Positions 11,742 through 23,027 of a DNA stretch of 64,000 nucleotides are shown piece after piece. The notes beneath the pieces are model-generated. The model was not told the origin of the DNA. It was given only the letters and a program-made list of their open reading frames with translations, and ran no database searches. Positions within the stretch are counted from its first letter, which is position 1. Each line of letters begins with the position of its first letter. The stretch comes from Eledone cirrhosa (Eukaryota): the NCBI GenBank assembly GCA_964016885.1, contig OZ024744.1, positions 117,862,001-117,926,000 on the forward strand, written 5' to 3'. A program made the position numbers and the translations under genes.

Positions 11742-13497
11742 ATCATCATCATTGTTAAAAGTCTATCTTTCACACTAGCAAAGGTTGGATGGAATTGTCC
11801 CACTTGAGGCAAGATTGGTCGGGTGACCGTGTCTTGCTCATATAGGACTATCTGGCAGGTTTTCTACGGCTGGATGCCTTTCCTAACACCAACCACATTT
11901 ACAGTGTGGACTGGGAGCCTTTTTACCGTGTCTCCTACATTACCACTTTACAGTGGGAGGATGGAGTAAGGGGTGTGGGGTGTATCTTGGGTTAAGAGGT
12001 GTCTACTGACTGTAGGTTTAAGTATATATGTAAGGGAAGGCAGGTCTTCTGTATAACTGCATGGTGCCAAAGGTCTTGATTCAGTGACATTGTCTTAGAG
12101 AGGTGTAAGTGAGCAAGGTCAGTTTTTATTACCTCGTCCCAGGTTTTTCTTGGTCTACCCACTCCGTAGCTTCCATCAATTTTGATCGCTCTGCACTTTT
12201 TTATATAGCTGTTGTCCTTCATATGTATCACATGTCCATACCAACGCAATCTCCTCTCCAGAACACAACATTTGACACCTCTTATGCTTAGTCTCTCCCT
12301 CAATTCATTTATGCTTCGCCTTTCGCGTACATTACTATTACACATCCATCGGGCATGCAAGCTTCATTTCTTTCTAATCTATGCATGACTTCACCACACA
12401 AAGCCCAGGTTTAAATGCTATGTAACATTGTTGTTCGTATGCAGGCATCATTCAGTCTGCTTTTCATTTTTAGAGAGAGAAAAACCCCTTGTGGCCAATA
12501 GTGGTATTAGCTCTCTGAACTTTTTCCATCCTGTTCTAACTCTGGTTACTGTACTTTCAGAGCACCCTCCACCACTGTTGATTTTGTCACCCAGGCAACG
12601 GAAAGTGTCTACTATTTCTATAGAACCATGTGGGCAGTTGAAGGAGCTAGTATCCTGTGGGCACTTGCTATTTATTGCACCTGAGCATTGCCACATGTAA
12701 AATCTATGTTCTTAGATGGCTTACCTGTGATCCCACTACATCTTTTATGCACCCATAGTTTGCATTTGGAGCATAGAATGGAATTTCTACCTACCCCTTT
12801 CCTACACACTGAACAAGGCCATTTCCCAGAGGGCACCTGTGCCCTATTTTCCTTTCTACATACGAGAACTTTAGTCTTAGACAAGTTGACTTTAAGGCCT
12901 TTTGATTCTATGCCATGCTTTCAGGTTTGGAACGTCTTCTCTAGTTCAGCCATAGATTCAGCTATGAGAGTTAGATCATCTGCATATAGAAGTTCCCACA
13001 GGCAGCCAGTCTTAACCCCTTCTGTTATAGCCTGAATGACAATAATAAAGAGGAGGGGGCTAAGGGCAGAACCTTGATGAACACCAACTTTTACGCAAAA
13101 TTCTTCATTATATTCATTGTTAATTCTAACCTTGCTGACTGTTTCTTTATACATGGCTTGTATAGCTGCCACAAACCAGATAATGGAGCAGGGGACACTG
13201 TCAAAGGCTTTCTCCAAGTCAACAAAAGCTAAGTAGAGGGGTTTACTTTTAGCTAGGTACTTCTGTAGTTGCTGTACAAGGAAAAGAGCATCTGTGGTAC
13301 TTTTACCTGGCACAAACCTAAACTGCATTTCATCTAGATCAATTGGGTCTCTAATTAGTTGTGCAATAACTCTTTCTGTGACCTTCATGACCTGGTCAAC
13401 TAACTTAATGCCTCTATAGTTTTCTCTATCTAGGCCATCTCTTTGGCCCTTGTAGCAGTTAATGATGATGATGCTACGCCAGTCATTTGGTATGACA
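11742..13497 (-). mobile_element. RTE LINE pseudogene (RT core, PHD-like finger, C-terminus, 3' UTR)
   Basis: FVDLEKAFD, GVHQGSALSPLLF, LLYADDL, KTKV and RRLRWYGH spread across frameshifted ORFs 11992-13388. (CAT)n tail at 11742. Confidence 0.92.
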
Positions 13498-13594
13498 TGA
13501 CACCATTTTGTATGACTGTAAATTTTAATTCCATGAAATCACTGTACGTATTTCAACGGCCCAGCTCTGTCATCTGATTATGATGCAAGATAGG

Positions 13595-13735
13595 AACCAC
13601 ATACCCATAGTATCAGAGCTGTGATCTCTCAATTCGGAGAAGTAGCAACTCTACCTGGAGTGACTTTCTGATCTCTGAGCTACGCACCCGATCGAGTGAT
13701 ATTTCTCCAAAGATGCTTCTGACAACCTAGAAAAA
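13595..13735 (-). mobile_element. Fragment of a second RTE family
   Basis: Minus strand reads SLDRVRSSEIRKSLQVELLLLRIERSQL*YYGYV, an RTE C-terminal motif. Confidence 0.6.
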
Positions 13736-13881
13736 TTACCAATTTTTCAAGCCCTCACTTATTCAAACCCCTATTATTTGGGATCCAAGAGTAAATAGAT
13801 CCACTGAATGTGATGAGATATTACCTCAGTATTATTTCAAACTGTGAAATGTTCCTATCATCTATTCTATACTTAATAAAT

Positions 13882-14073
13882 AATGGTTTCTGATTTAGGG
13901 ACAAGATCAACAATTTTAATGGAAAGGTAGTTTGTATTAATCTTGTAGTTTATTGTATTAATCATGAAAGGCAAAGATAACCTCGGTGGGATTTGAACTC
14001 AGAACATAAAGGGCCGTAACCCTATACCACAAAGAATGTTGTCCAACGCTCTTCCGATACTGCCAATCCACTG
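13882..14073 (-). mobile_element. SINE family A
   Basis: Reverse-complemented B box GGATTTGAACTC and A box CCGATACTGCCA. Confidence 0.8.
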
Positions 14074-14237
14074 TAGAAACTGGCTGTTTTTCAGAGGTAG
14101 TTGAAATTCTGCACACACAACGTTGTCGAAGGGAGATAACTACAAAGTTCCTAAATCTGGAATAATTTCAATAACGTTATTATATTCCCTTGCTTTTAGA
14201 TTGTAGCCATACTGGAGCACCACACTATTTCACAGTT

Positions 14238-14540
14238 CAGTCATTAGACTGTGGCCATACTGGGGCACTACCTTGATATAGTCTACCATATCAACCTCAG
14301 TACTGTTTTACTGGTGTCAGTCATTAGACTGTGGCCATACTGGGACACTACCTTGATATAGTCTACCCTATCAACCTCAGTACTGTTTTACTGGTGTCAG
14401 TCATTAGACTGTGGCCATACTGGGGCACTACCTTGATATAGTCTACCATATCAACCTCAGTACTGTTTTACTAGTGTCTGCAATAAAAAGTGGCCATATT
14501 GGGGTACTACCTTGATATAGTCTATCATATCAACCTCAGA
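14238..14540. repeat. 80-bp tandem repeat, ~3.7 copies
   Basis: CAGTCATTAGACTGTGGCCATACTGG at 14238, 14318 and 14398. Each unit holds a short inverted repeat TTGATAT..ATATCAA. Confidence 0.92.
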
Positions 14541-14619
14541 CATATACAGTAACTCTTTTACCATTGCTGTCCGTGTCAATAGTAAACTCCAGCAATATAA
14601 AGTCATCAGTTTATTCTCA

Positions 14620-14911
14620 GTGTGTAAAAAAAGCATTCAGTCCTTCCTATAAAGTAATTGGTTGGTGATACAGGAATAAAGTACCCAGTACACCCTGTAA
14701 TGTGGTCATGCTTGTACCATAACAAAAAACACCCGGTCCACACTATAACATGGTTGTTATTAGGAAGGAAATATAACTGTAGAAACCAATCTAAACTATA
14801 GATTTCATATGAGCAAGACATGGTGACCTGCTTTCTCTAACAATGTCACAACCTATTAAACCCATGCAAGCATGGAAAATTGATATTAAATGATGATGAT
14901 GATGATGATGA
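14620..14911 (+). mobile_element. RTE-related 3' tail element
   Basis: Two or three degenerate 48-bp motifs, TTAGGAAGG...CTGTAGAAAC, then AACCCATGCAAGCATGG and (GAT)n. Confidence 0.65.
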
Positions 14912-14988
14912 ATAAGCATTAGTTGAATAAGATGTATTGAAAGATTTGTAAAGCTATTAAATGGTTTAATAGCTTTACATCTCATATA

Positions 14989-15520
14989 CAAGGTGCTATC
15001 AAAAAGTTCCCGGACTATGTTTTTAAAAAAACTAATATATTTACGAAAGTTTTACCATCATCTCCTTTGAAATAGTCAAATTGCATAGCAATACACCGGT
15101 CCCAGTGTTCCTGCCAATTTTAGAACTCAGCCTGGAAGTCGTTTTCCGTAAGTGAGTCAAGGACCTTCTGAGATTCACTCTAGATCTCGGCAATGATGTT
15201 AAACAGCAAACTTTGAGAAGAGATGGAAGTCCGCAGGTGCTAAATCTAGTGAATAGGGCAGGTGTGGAAGTGACACAATGTTGTTTTGGGTGAGACACTC
15301 ACGAGTGAGGAGAGCTAGGTGACAGGGTACATCGTCATCGTAAAGAATCCAATTCTTTGCACTTGACAGATCCAGTCACTCAAACGTCCTCCCTCAAACA
15401 TCTCAAAACATTGCAGTAAAAATCTCGATTGATGGTCTGGCTCTTGGGGAGAAATTCTTGATGCACAATACTGCAGATGTCGAAAAAAACGATGACCCAT
15501 GGACTTGCACTGCCAGAGGG
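14989..15520 (-). mobile_element. Mariner transposon 3' remnant
   Basis: TA + CAAGGTGCTATCAAAAAGTTCCCGGACT TIR. Minus-strand PYSLDLAPADF (YSPDLAP motif) and VHQEFLP, frameshifted. Confidence 0.8.
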
Positions 15521-15766
15521 AGCAGCAGCTGTTTTTATTTTCTACAAACATCTACCCCCTATGGCCTGAATGCTTTGCTTCTCTTGCTCTGAACTGTTCT
15601 TCCCATCACACCTCACACCCACATCCTATACAGGAGCATATCGACTTACATGCTCCCTGCAACACAAAAAGTACCTACACACACACACTTAGATACATTA
15701 CACATACAACAAAAATCTTTAAGCCACTAATAAACAGTCATACAGAAATGCATACATATCGACTTA

Positions 15767-16500
15767 ATGCCCCACAGTGGTGCCTGGCTCCATGCCCTGC
15801 CCTCCTTCTCCACTGGCACACAGCTAGACAACCATAGCCTGCGAATCGGTGTTTCCCTGATGCTCGGCCTCTGGATCTGCCAGCCACACCAATGTCGCTG
15901 TGGTTCCACCGTGGACTCTTTCGGCCTCCACCCGCTTTCCTGTCGCCACAGTGCCGGCCACATTCCATGCCATGCTGCCCTCAACGAGGTCATTAAGCAT
16001 GGCTTGGACGCTGCAGGCTTCCCTTCCCAGCTCGAGCCGGTGGGGCTGGATCGAGGGGACGGCAAAAGGCCAGATGGTATGACCATCTTCCCGTTCCGCG
16101 GTGGCAAACCCCTCGTCTGGGATGCCACTTGCACCGACACATTCTGCAGTCGCAACCTGGTGCAGTCTGCGACTGACCCAGGTTCTGCTGCATGTCAGGC
16201 TGAGGGGGCCAAACTCCTCAAATACCGGTCGCTCTCCGACAGGTTTGCAGTCATTCCCCTGGCAGTGGAGACTTCTGGTGCCCTTGGCCCCAGGGCTGCC
16301 TCCTTACTCACCACCATAGGGGCTGAGCTGGCCAGCCGTAGATGTGAGCCCTGCGAGTTGGAGTGGCTTTTCCAGCGCGTCTCCCTTGCCGTCCTCTGGG
16401 GAAACGCCTGCTCCATTCTGTCCGCCGGGGCTGTGGGTGGGCCCCATCGCATACCAATACATTAGTTAAATACCATTCTTTCATCTGATACAACACAATA
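15767..16500 (+). mobile_element. CRE-clade non-LTR retrotransposon 3' portion (CCHC knuckle + PD-(D/E)xK endonuclease)
   Basis: 232-aa open frame: CRCG...HPLSC, RGDGKRPDG...VWDATC...AEGAKLLKY, PLAVETSGALG, FQRVSLAV.GN. GC-rich island, with AATAAA just downstream (~16497). Confidence 0.85.
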
Positions 16501-16548
16501 AAGACTAAAGTGTTTTAAAAAAATTTAAAAAATGTTGTATATTGTTGT

Positions 16549-16588
16549 GTTACTATGAGATACAACGATTGTTGTATCTCATAGTAAC
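16549..16588. repeat. Perfect 18-bp-stem hairpin
   Basis: GTTACTATGAGATACAAC-gatt-GTTGTATCTCATAGTAAC. Confidence 0.95.
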
Positions 16589-16947
16589 TTGTGATTTCAA
16601 CTTTTGGAGTCACTCATATAATGTTATTTATATTTCATACAAACACCAACCACACACACACATACACATACAATGTTAATACGCCCAGACATACATACAC
16701 ACAAGGTAGAACTAAATATAACACACACACTCACCAACCCATGTCTTCTCTTGTGAAAATGCGTATAGCTTTCATTATGTAAAAATCTCCCCATTTTTGC
16801 TTCATTTCTCACCGTTTTGGGGCACTTTCTTTCATGGTACTCCGTTTGGGTTTTTATAGGTTGGCAGGTATATGTATGTGTGTGATAGTAGTGGTACCAC
16901 AACAACCAAACCACTGTTAAGTTGTTAAGATGCCGTGATAAAAAGCA

Positions 16948-17315
16948 CCCAGTACTTACTGTAAATATGGTTGGTGTTAGGAAGGGTATCCAGCTGTAGA
17001 AACCATACTCCCAGTACTCAGTGTAAATATGGTTGGTGTTAGGAAGGGTATCCAGCTGTAGAAACCATACTCCCAGCACTCACTGTAAATATGGTTGGTG
17101 TTAGGAAGGGTATCCAGCTGTAGAAGCCATACTCCCAGTACTTACTGTAAATATGGTTGGTGTTAGGAAGGGTATCCAACTGTAGAAACCATACTCCCAG
17201 CACTCACTGTAAATATGGTTGGTGTTAGGAAGGGTATCCAACTGTAGAAACCATACTCCCAGTAATCACTGTAAATATGGTTGGTGTTAGGAAGGGTATC
17301 CAGCTGTAGAAACCA
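16948..17315 (+). repeat. 62-bp tandem repeat x6 inside an RTE-related tail element (~16890-17425)
   Basis: Unit CCCAGTACTTACTGTAAATATGGTTGGTGTTAGGAAGGGTATCCAGCTGTAGAAACCATACT at 16948, 17010, 17072 and onward. A single-copy homolog lies at 6357-6412. Confidence 0.93.
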
Positions 17316-17570
17316 AGCCAGTAGCAGTTCTGTATGAGCGAGACATGGTCACCTGACCTATCTTGTCTTATAAAGTGACAACCTGCTTAATCCATGCAAG
17401 CGTAGAAAATAAATGTTAAACCGTGATTGTGTGTGTGTGTGTGTGTGTGTGTGTAAACAGTATATGCGTTTCTGATTTAGATAATTTTAGCTATCTATTC
17501 AGTGAGATGCCCCCACATATATTCATGGCAAATAACTTCCTTTTTCAGTTTGATATATATATATATATAT

Positions 17571-18752
17571 ATGCTCAGTGTGTAGGAAAGGAGTAGGTAG
17601 AAATTCCATTTTATGTCCCAAATGCAAACTATGGGTACATAAAAGATGTAGTGGGATCACAGGTAAGCCATCTAAGAATGTAGATTTTATATGTGGCCAA
17701 TGCTCAGGTGCAATAAATAGCAAGTGCCCACAGGATACTAGCTCCTTCTATTGCCCAGATGGTTCTATAAAAATAGTAGACACTTTCTGTTACCTGGATG
17801 ACAAAATCAGCAGTGGTGGAGGGTACTCTGAAAGTACAGTAGCCAGAGTCAGAACGGGATGGAAAAAGTTCAGAGAGCTTATACCACTATTGGCCGCTAA
17901 AGGTTTCTCTCTAAAAATGAAAGGCAGACTGTATAATGCCTGTATACGAACAGCAATGCTACATGGCAGTGAGACATGGGCATTGTGTGCAGAGGATCTG
18001 CGCAGACTGGAAAGGAACGAAGTATGCATGCTCCGCTGGATGTGTAATAATAATATACATGAACAGCAAAGCATAAATGAACTAAGTGAGAAATTAGGAA
18101 TAAGAGGGATCAGATGCTGTTTACTTGAGAGAAGACTACGTTGGTATGGTCATGTGATGCGCATGAAAGACGACAGCTGTATAAAAAAAGTGTAGGGCGA
18201 TCAAAATTGATGAAAGTTACAGAGTAGATAGATCCAGAAAAACCTGGGACGATTTGATAAATTCCGACCTCACACACTTGCACCTCTCTAAGACAATGTC
18301 ACAGGACCGAGATCTTTGGTGCCATGCAGTAATACAGAAGTTACGCCTTGCCAATGTACAAAGCAAAACCTACAGTCAGTAGGCACCTCTTAACCAAATA
18401 TACACCGCAACTCACTACCCCTACTCCACCCCACTTTCCACTCTCACCAACACCACCCTTTCTCTGTAAAGTTATGTTGGTACCACAACATCCAGTCCTA
18501 AATAAATGAGGTCGTGTAGAAAAACACACAGTCCGCTGTAATGTGGTGATGGATGTAACACGGTAAAAAGCTCCCAATCCACACTGTAAATGTGGTTGGT
18601 GTTAGGAAGGGCATCAAGCTGTAGAAAACCTGTCAGACAGTCTTATATGAGCGAGACACGGTCATCCGACCAGCCTTGCCTCAAGTAGGACAATTCCTGT
18701 CTATCCTATGCTAGCGTGGAAGATGGACGTTAAACGATGATGATGATGATGA

Positions 18753-18756
<4 letters not shown>
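17571..18756 (+). mobile_element. RTE LINE, 5'-truncated, inserted in (TA)n
   Basis: ORF 17578..18195 (PHD-like finger, GWKKFREL, GSETW, RRLRWYGHV), one frameshift, 3' UTR and (GAT)n. (TA)n on both flanks. Confidence 0.93.
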
Positions 18757-18789
<33 letters not shown>

Positions 18790-19102
18790 TTCATACATTA
18801 TTGATACATAGACACTTTAAATAATGTGTGTGTGCGTATGTGTACAATTATAGAGGAAATGTGTTTATAGAAATACGCGAGTGCGCGTGCGTACATGCGA
18901 GTGAGTGAGTGTGTGTGAGTGAGGGCGAGAGTGTGTGTGTGTGAGAGTTTGTGTGTGTACGAGAATATACTTAACTGATATAAACCGCACAACAAAAAGT
19001 ATTCAACGAACTAAAAGTAAAGATTTATATTATATTTTCCTTTGCTGTACTAGACTAATCAGTTAATGATATAATGATACCGTAATAACATTTAATAAGC
19101 TA

Positions 19103-19133
<31 letters not shown>

Positions 19134-19306
19134 TGTGTTATTTATTATTTAAACAAGTGTTAGCTATGTGGTGACCTACTTTACTAAGTTTCCACATTTG
19201 TGCCTGCTTATACACACATATATGTGTGTATACATATATATATATACATGTACGTATATATATATATATATATATATAATAAATATACACACACATACAT
19301 ATGTAC

Positions 19307-19355
<49 letters not shown>

Positions 19356-19392
19356 TATGTACGTATATATATATACACACACACATATGTAC

Positions 19393-19443
<51 letters not shown>

Positions 19444-19576
19444 TATGTATATATTTGCCTTCAGACAACAACGAAATTACAAAACATTTCACTAAGCTTC
19501 TAAATTATATTCACACTTGTTTTACGTAATCTAATACAATCTTACATATACACACAGTCATCCTTACTTCATCCCA

Positions 19577-19625
<49 letters not shown>

Positions 19626-19630
19626 TACGA
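18757..19630. repeat. Microsatellite cluster (TA, TG, GA, CA)
   Basis: Directly visible; explains the YI-rich ORFs at 19138-19529. Confidence 0.9.
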
Positions 19631-20018
19631 GCACGCACTTGCCTATGTCTCGGGGGCACATGCAAGCAACTCACATATTAGAGACGTGCCATGTATCTTA
19701 GAAGAAAAAATAATAGTAACTTATTTCGGACTAAGTTTTTGTAGATATTGAACAGTGTAGATTGTGTGTGTGTGTCTGTTTTATTATTGGAATTATGGTA
19801 AATATTTGTACTTTTTCTGTTTTTTGTCTCAACTCGTTTGTTTACAATCACGTGCATACATATATAGGTACAATAACTTTATATATATATATATAGAGAG
19901 AGAGAGATATATAGATTCGCATATCTTAATAGATGTGTTGTGGTTGCTTTGTAACTATATATATATATATATATATTATTCAGAATATTAATAAATGAAA
20001 ACATTCACATAATCAAAA

Positions 20019-20090
20019 TATGTTTTATTATATATATTTCGAAGGTACTGTGTTGTTTTTTCAGTACGTCCTCGTCAGATAAAATACATG
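20019..20090 (-). ncRNA. Minimal type I hammerhead ribozyme (Penelope-like)
   Basis: Minus strand: UUUUAU-CUGACGA-GGACGUACUG(11-nt loop)CAGUACCUUC-GAAA-UAUAUA-UA/AUAAAA. All core nucleotides are present; stem II is 9/10 paired with a G-C closing pair; stem I is 6 bp; stem-loop III is palindromic. Confidence 0.75.
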
Positions 20091-20248
20091 AATTGATGTA
20101 TGACATACCTCAACTGTCTTGATGGTTCAATTCCAGTATTGGTTATATATATATAGGTTTACACACTATTAATGTATTGAGTACCTTATTTACTGCGGTT
20201 ACCCCCGATTTTACTCGGGATCTACACATATATATATACACACATATA

Positions 20249-20311
<63 letters not shown>

Positions 20312-20749
20312 AAGTTTCATACACATAACAAGTATACATGACCTTAGGTTCCGGGGTCCAGTTATGGCCACCACTATATAGTGGAGGAGCCGTTTTAACA
20401 CTGACCTCTCTCGTTAGGAGCTAGGACAAAATTTCTACATTCACATTTATATATATATAAATGTGTGTGTTTCTAAACAAGACAACACCAGGAAAAGTTT
20501 AAGAACCAAATAAATAACTTTACTATAATACTTATGATAAAATATCGAATTATTTTGGTAAAAAATAAAGAAAAGTAGCGAGAAAGGAAGGAAGGATTCA
20601 TGCGAAATATTTGATAAACTTGACATAACAAGTTTTGTTCAAGAAATGTTTTAAAAATAACAACTTGTAAATTTAGTTACCATATATATATATGCAACCG
20701 GTACTCGCAGAGAAACATTATGCTAGTTCCGCCAACTTATATGGATATG

Positions 20750-20990
20750 TAGATCCCGGGTTCAATCGGTGGTAACCACAGTTAGTAAGATACTCAATAT
20801 ATTAGTAGAGTGTAAACATAAAGTTTAATATAGACATGGCATCTACAGGACTAGAACTGTTTCATTTTAAAGAAATCATTAAACAGTTCTAGTCTTGTAG
20901 AAGCCAGGTGTGTATTAAACTTGTTTACACACTACTAATGTATTGAGTACCTTGCTTATTGTTGTTACCCCTGATTGAACTCAGGATCTA
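20750..20990. repeat. Long imperfect inverted repeat (~112-bp arms, 18-nt loop)
   Basis: TAGATCC...CTACAGGACTAGAACTGTTT (20750-20862) pairs with AAACAGTTCTAGTCTTGTAG...GGATCTA (20881-20990). A third partial copy lies at 20157-20225. Confidence 0.88.
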
Positions 20991-21269
20991 TCTATTTGTA
21001 TAGATTTAAGGTACGTGTGTTGTATTGAAGCAGTTAACGTTGTGTCAACTCTGCGATTTTTACATAACCTTACCTATTGTGTAAGCTGAGATGTAATTGG
21101 CACTAGCAAGGAAACTTATGCTAGTCCCATCAACTTATATATATATATATATATTGGGAGGCATCATCGATACCCACAAGAGAATCATCTCTACCTTTGT
21201 TTGAGTCTCATTACTCCTACCGGGTACCAAACTACTATACTTAAGATATATAAATATATATTATAATAA

Positions 21270-21450
21270 TTGTTTCTACTATTGGCACAAGGCCAGCAAT
21301 TACCCCAGTACATTACTAGTACTTTATTTTATCGACCCCGTAAGGATGAAAGGCAAAGTTAACCTCGGCTGGATTTGAACTCACACCATAAAGGGGCGTA
21401 ACTCTATGCTGCAAAGCATGGCGTCCGAGCCTCTGTTGATACTGCCTATC
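21270..21450 (-). mobile_element. SINE family A
   Basis: Reverse-complement match to 560-745. Confidence 0.85.
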
Positions 21451-21559
21451 TAATAATAAAGAGAGCATAGTTTCAATATAGATATTGCTCAAGTTGTTTC
21501 TATTGTATTCGATTTTCAGTTATTTTATAGAAGATTTCTTAATCTCACATTATTATTTA

Positions 21560-21710
21560 CCGAGTGGTACCCGTGCGAGCGGAAACGACCACTCGGAAGG
21601 CCTCCACGAAGGTGGGGTTACGATTTTAGGAACATGATTGGGACTACATGGATGAAGAAAGCACGGTCCAGAGAGGAATGGACGCCCGACAGACTGGTCG
21701 GTCAAGGTGA
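21560..21710 (+). mobile_element. RTE-type C-terminal fragment (third family)
   Basis: Reads EWYPCERKRPLGRPPRRWGYDFRNMIGTTWMKKARSREEW, followed by (TA)n. Confidence 0.7.
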
Positions 21711-21733
21711 TATATATATATATATATATATAT

Positions 21734-21793
21734 ATAGGAACGAGTAGGACCCCGACGTACAGAATTAGCCGTCGGGGTCCTACTCGTTCCTAT
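21734..21793. repeat. Perfect 24-bp-stem GC-rich hairpin heading a ~135-bp element embedded in (TA)n
   Basis: ATAGGAACGAGTAGGACCCCGACG - 12 nt - CGTCGGGGTCCTACTCGTTCCTAT. Confidence 0.95.
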
Positions 21794-22020
21794 TACCCAC
21801 TCTACTACCCTAAGTATTGAGTACTTTGGTGCGTTATGGTCCACCTGGTTCCTTACCACCTTTCCTTCGTTATATATATATATATAGATATATAGATATA
21901 TATATAGGATCATGCTGCCAATAAAACAGGCACTTGTTTTTTTTTTTTACTCCAATTTATTATACATTTCCGGTTGGTTCGATAACCGGGTGGGTGTTTA
22001 TATATTGTCAAAGTTCTTTC

Positions 22021-22132
22021 GGTAGACTTATGGAATAACCAACCGATGTAAGGGACGTAATTTGAAAAAAAAATTGTTTTTTTTTTTTTTCGAAATGAGT
22101 CAGTGTAATCAAAGAACATATATCTACACACA

Positions 22133-22210
<78 letters not shown>

Positions 22211-22939
22211 AATATGTATATATATAAATATGTATATATATAAATATGTATATATATATATAAATATGTATATATATATATAAATATGTATATATATATA
22301 TAAATATGTATATATATAAATATGTATATATATATATATATATATATAATGTATAAAAATCAATACAATATAATTACCTCATTACCAGAGGTTTCCCGAA
22401 TGAGGCGAATACGAATATATATATATATATATATAAGCAAAGAGTTATTTAATTTGTTGGTTATTCAACAAATTTATTTATAACAGATTAGAAGCAGTCT
22501 ACAATATTTCAAACTAAACTTAAAAGGATAAGTTCTTGTTTTGGGGATGTGTCACTATCTGTAAAACACTTTTGTATTTTATCTTATGAGTGCGTACCAA
22601 AAATGTTGGTACCCTTGAAATATATATAATTGTTTCTACTTTTGGCACAAGGCCATCAATTTCCAGTACATTACTGGTACTTTATTTTATCGACTCCGTA
22701 AGGATGAAAGGCAAAGTTAACCTCGGCGGGATTTGAACTCAGACCGCAAAGGGACGTAACTATGCTGGAAAGCATGGCGTCCGACCCTCTACCGATACTG
22801 CCAATTCACCGTGTAACTCGGAGTTACTGTAGGTGAAAAAAAAGAGAACATACTTATATTTCGAACTCCGTATTTCGAAAAAAAACTTTTTTTTTTAAAT
22901 TACGTCCCTTAGATCGGTTGGTTATTCTATACGTCGACC
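22021..22939. mobile_element. Non-autonomous Mutator-like (MULE) element
   Basis: ~75-bp TIRs (GGT(A/C)GAC..AATAACCAACCGAT.TAAGGGACGTAATTT). 9-bp TSD AGTTCTTTC (22012-20) / AGCTCTTTC (22940-48). Confidence 0.78.
22630..22812 (-). mobile_element. SINE family A nested in the MULE
   Basis: Very close reverse-complement match to 560-745. Confidence 0.88.
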
Positions 22940-23027
22940 AGCTCTTTCGTCACACATTCTGTGACCTCCTCGGTGATTAATCTATTATGTATATAATCAT
23001 ATATTTATATATACATACGCATACATG

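Noticed and set aside
13595-13735. Minus-strand host exon after a TTTTTCTAG acceptor-like site
   Set aside because: It translates as an RTE C-terminal motif with an in-frame stop.
21560-21596. Regulatory hairpin CCGAGTGGT...ACCACTCGG
   Set aside because: Only a 9-bp stem, within RTE coding remnant; may be incidental.
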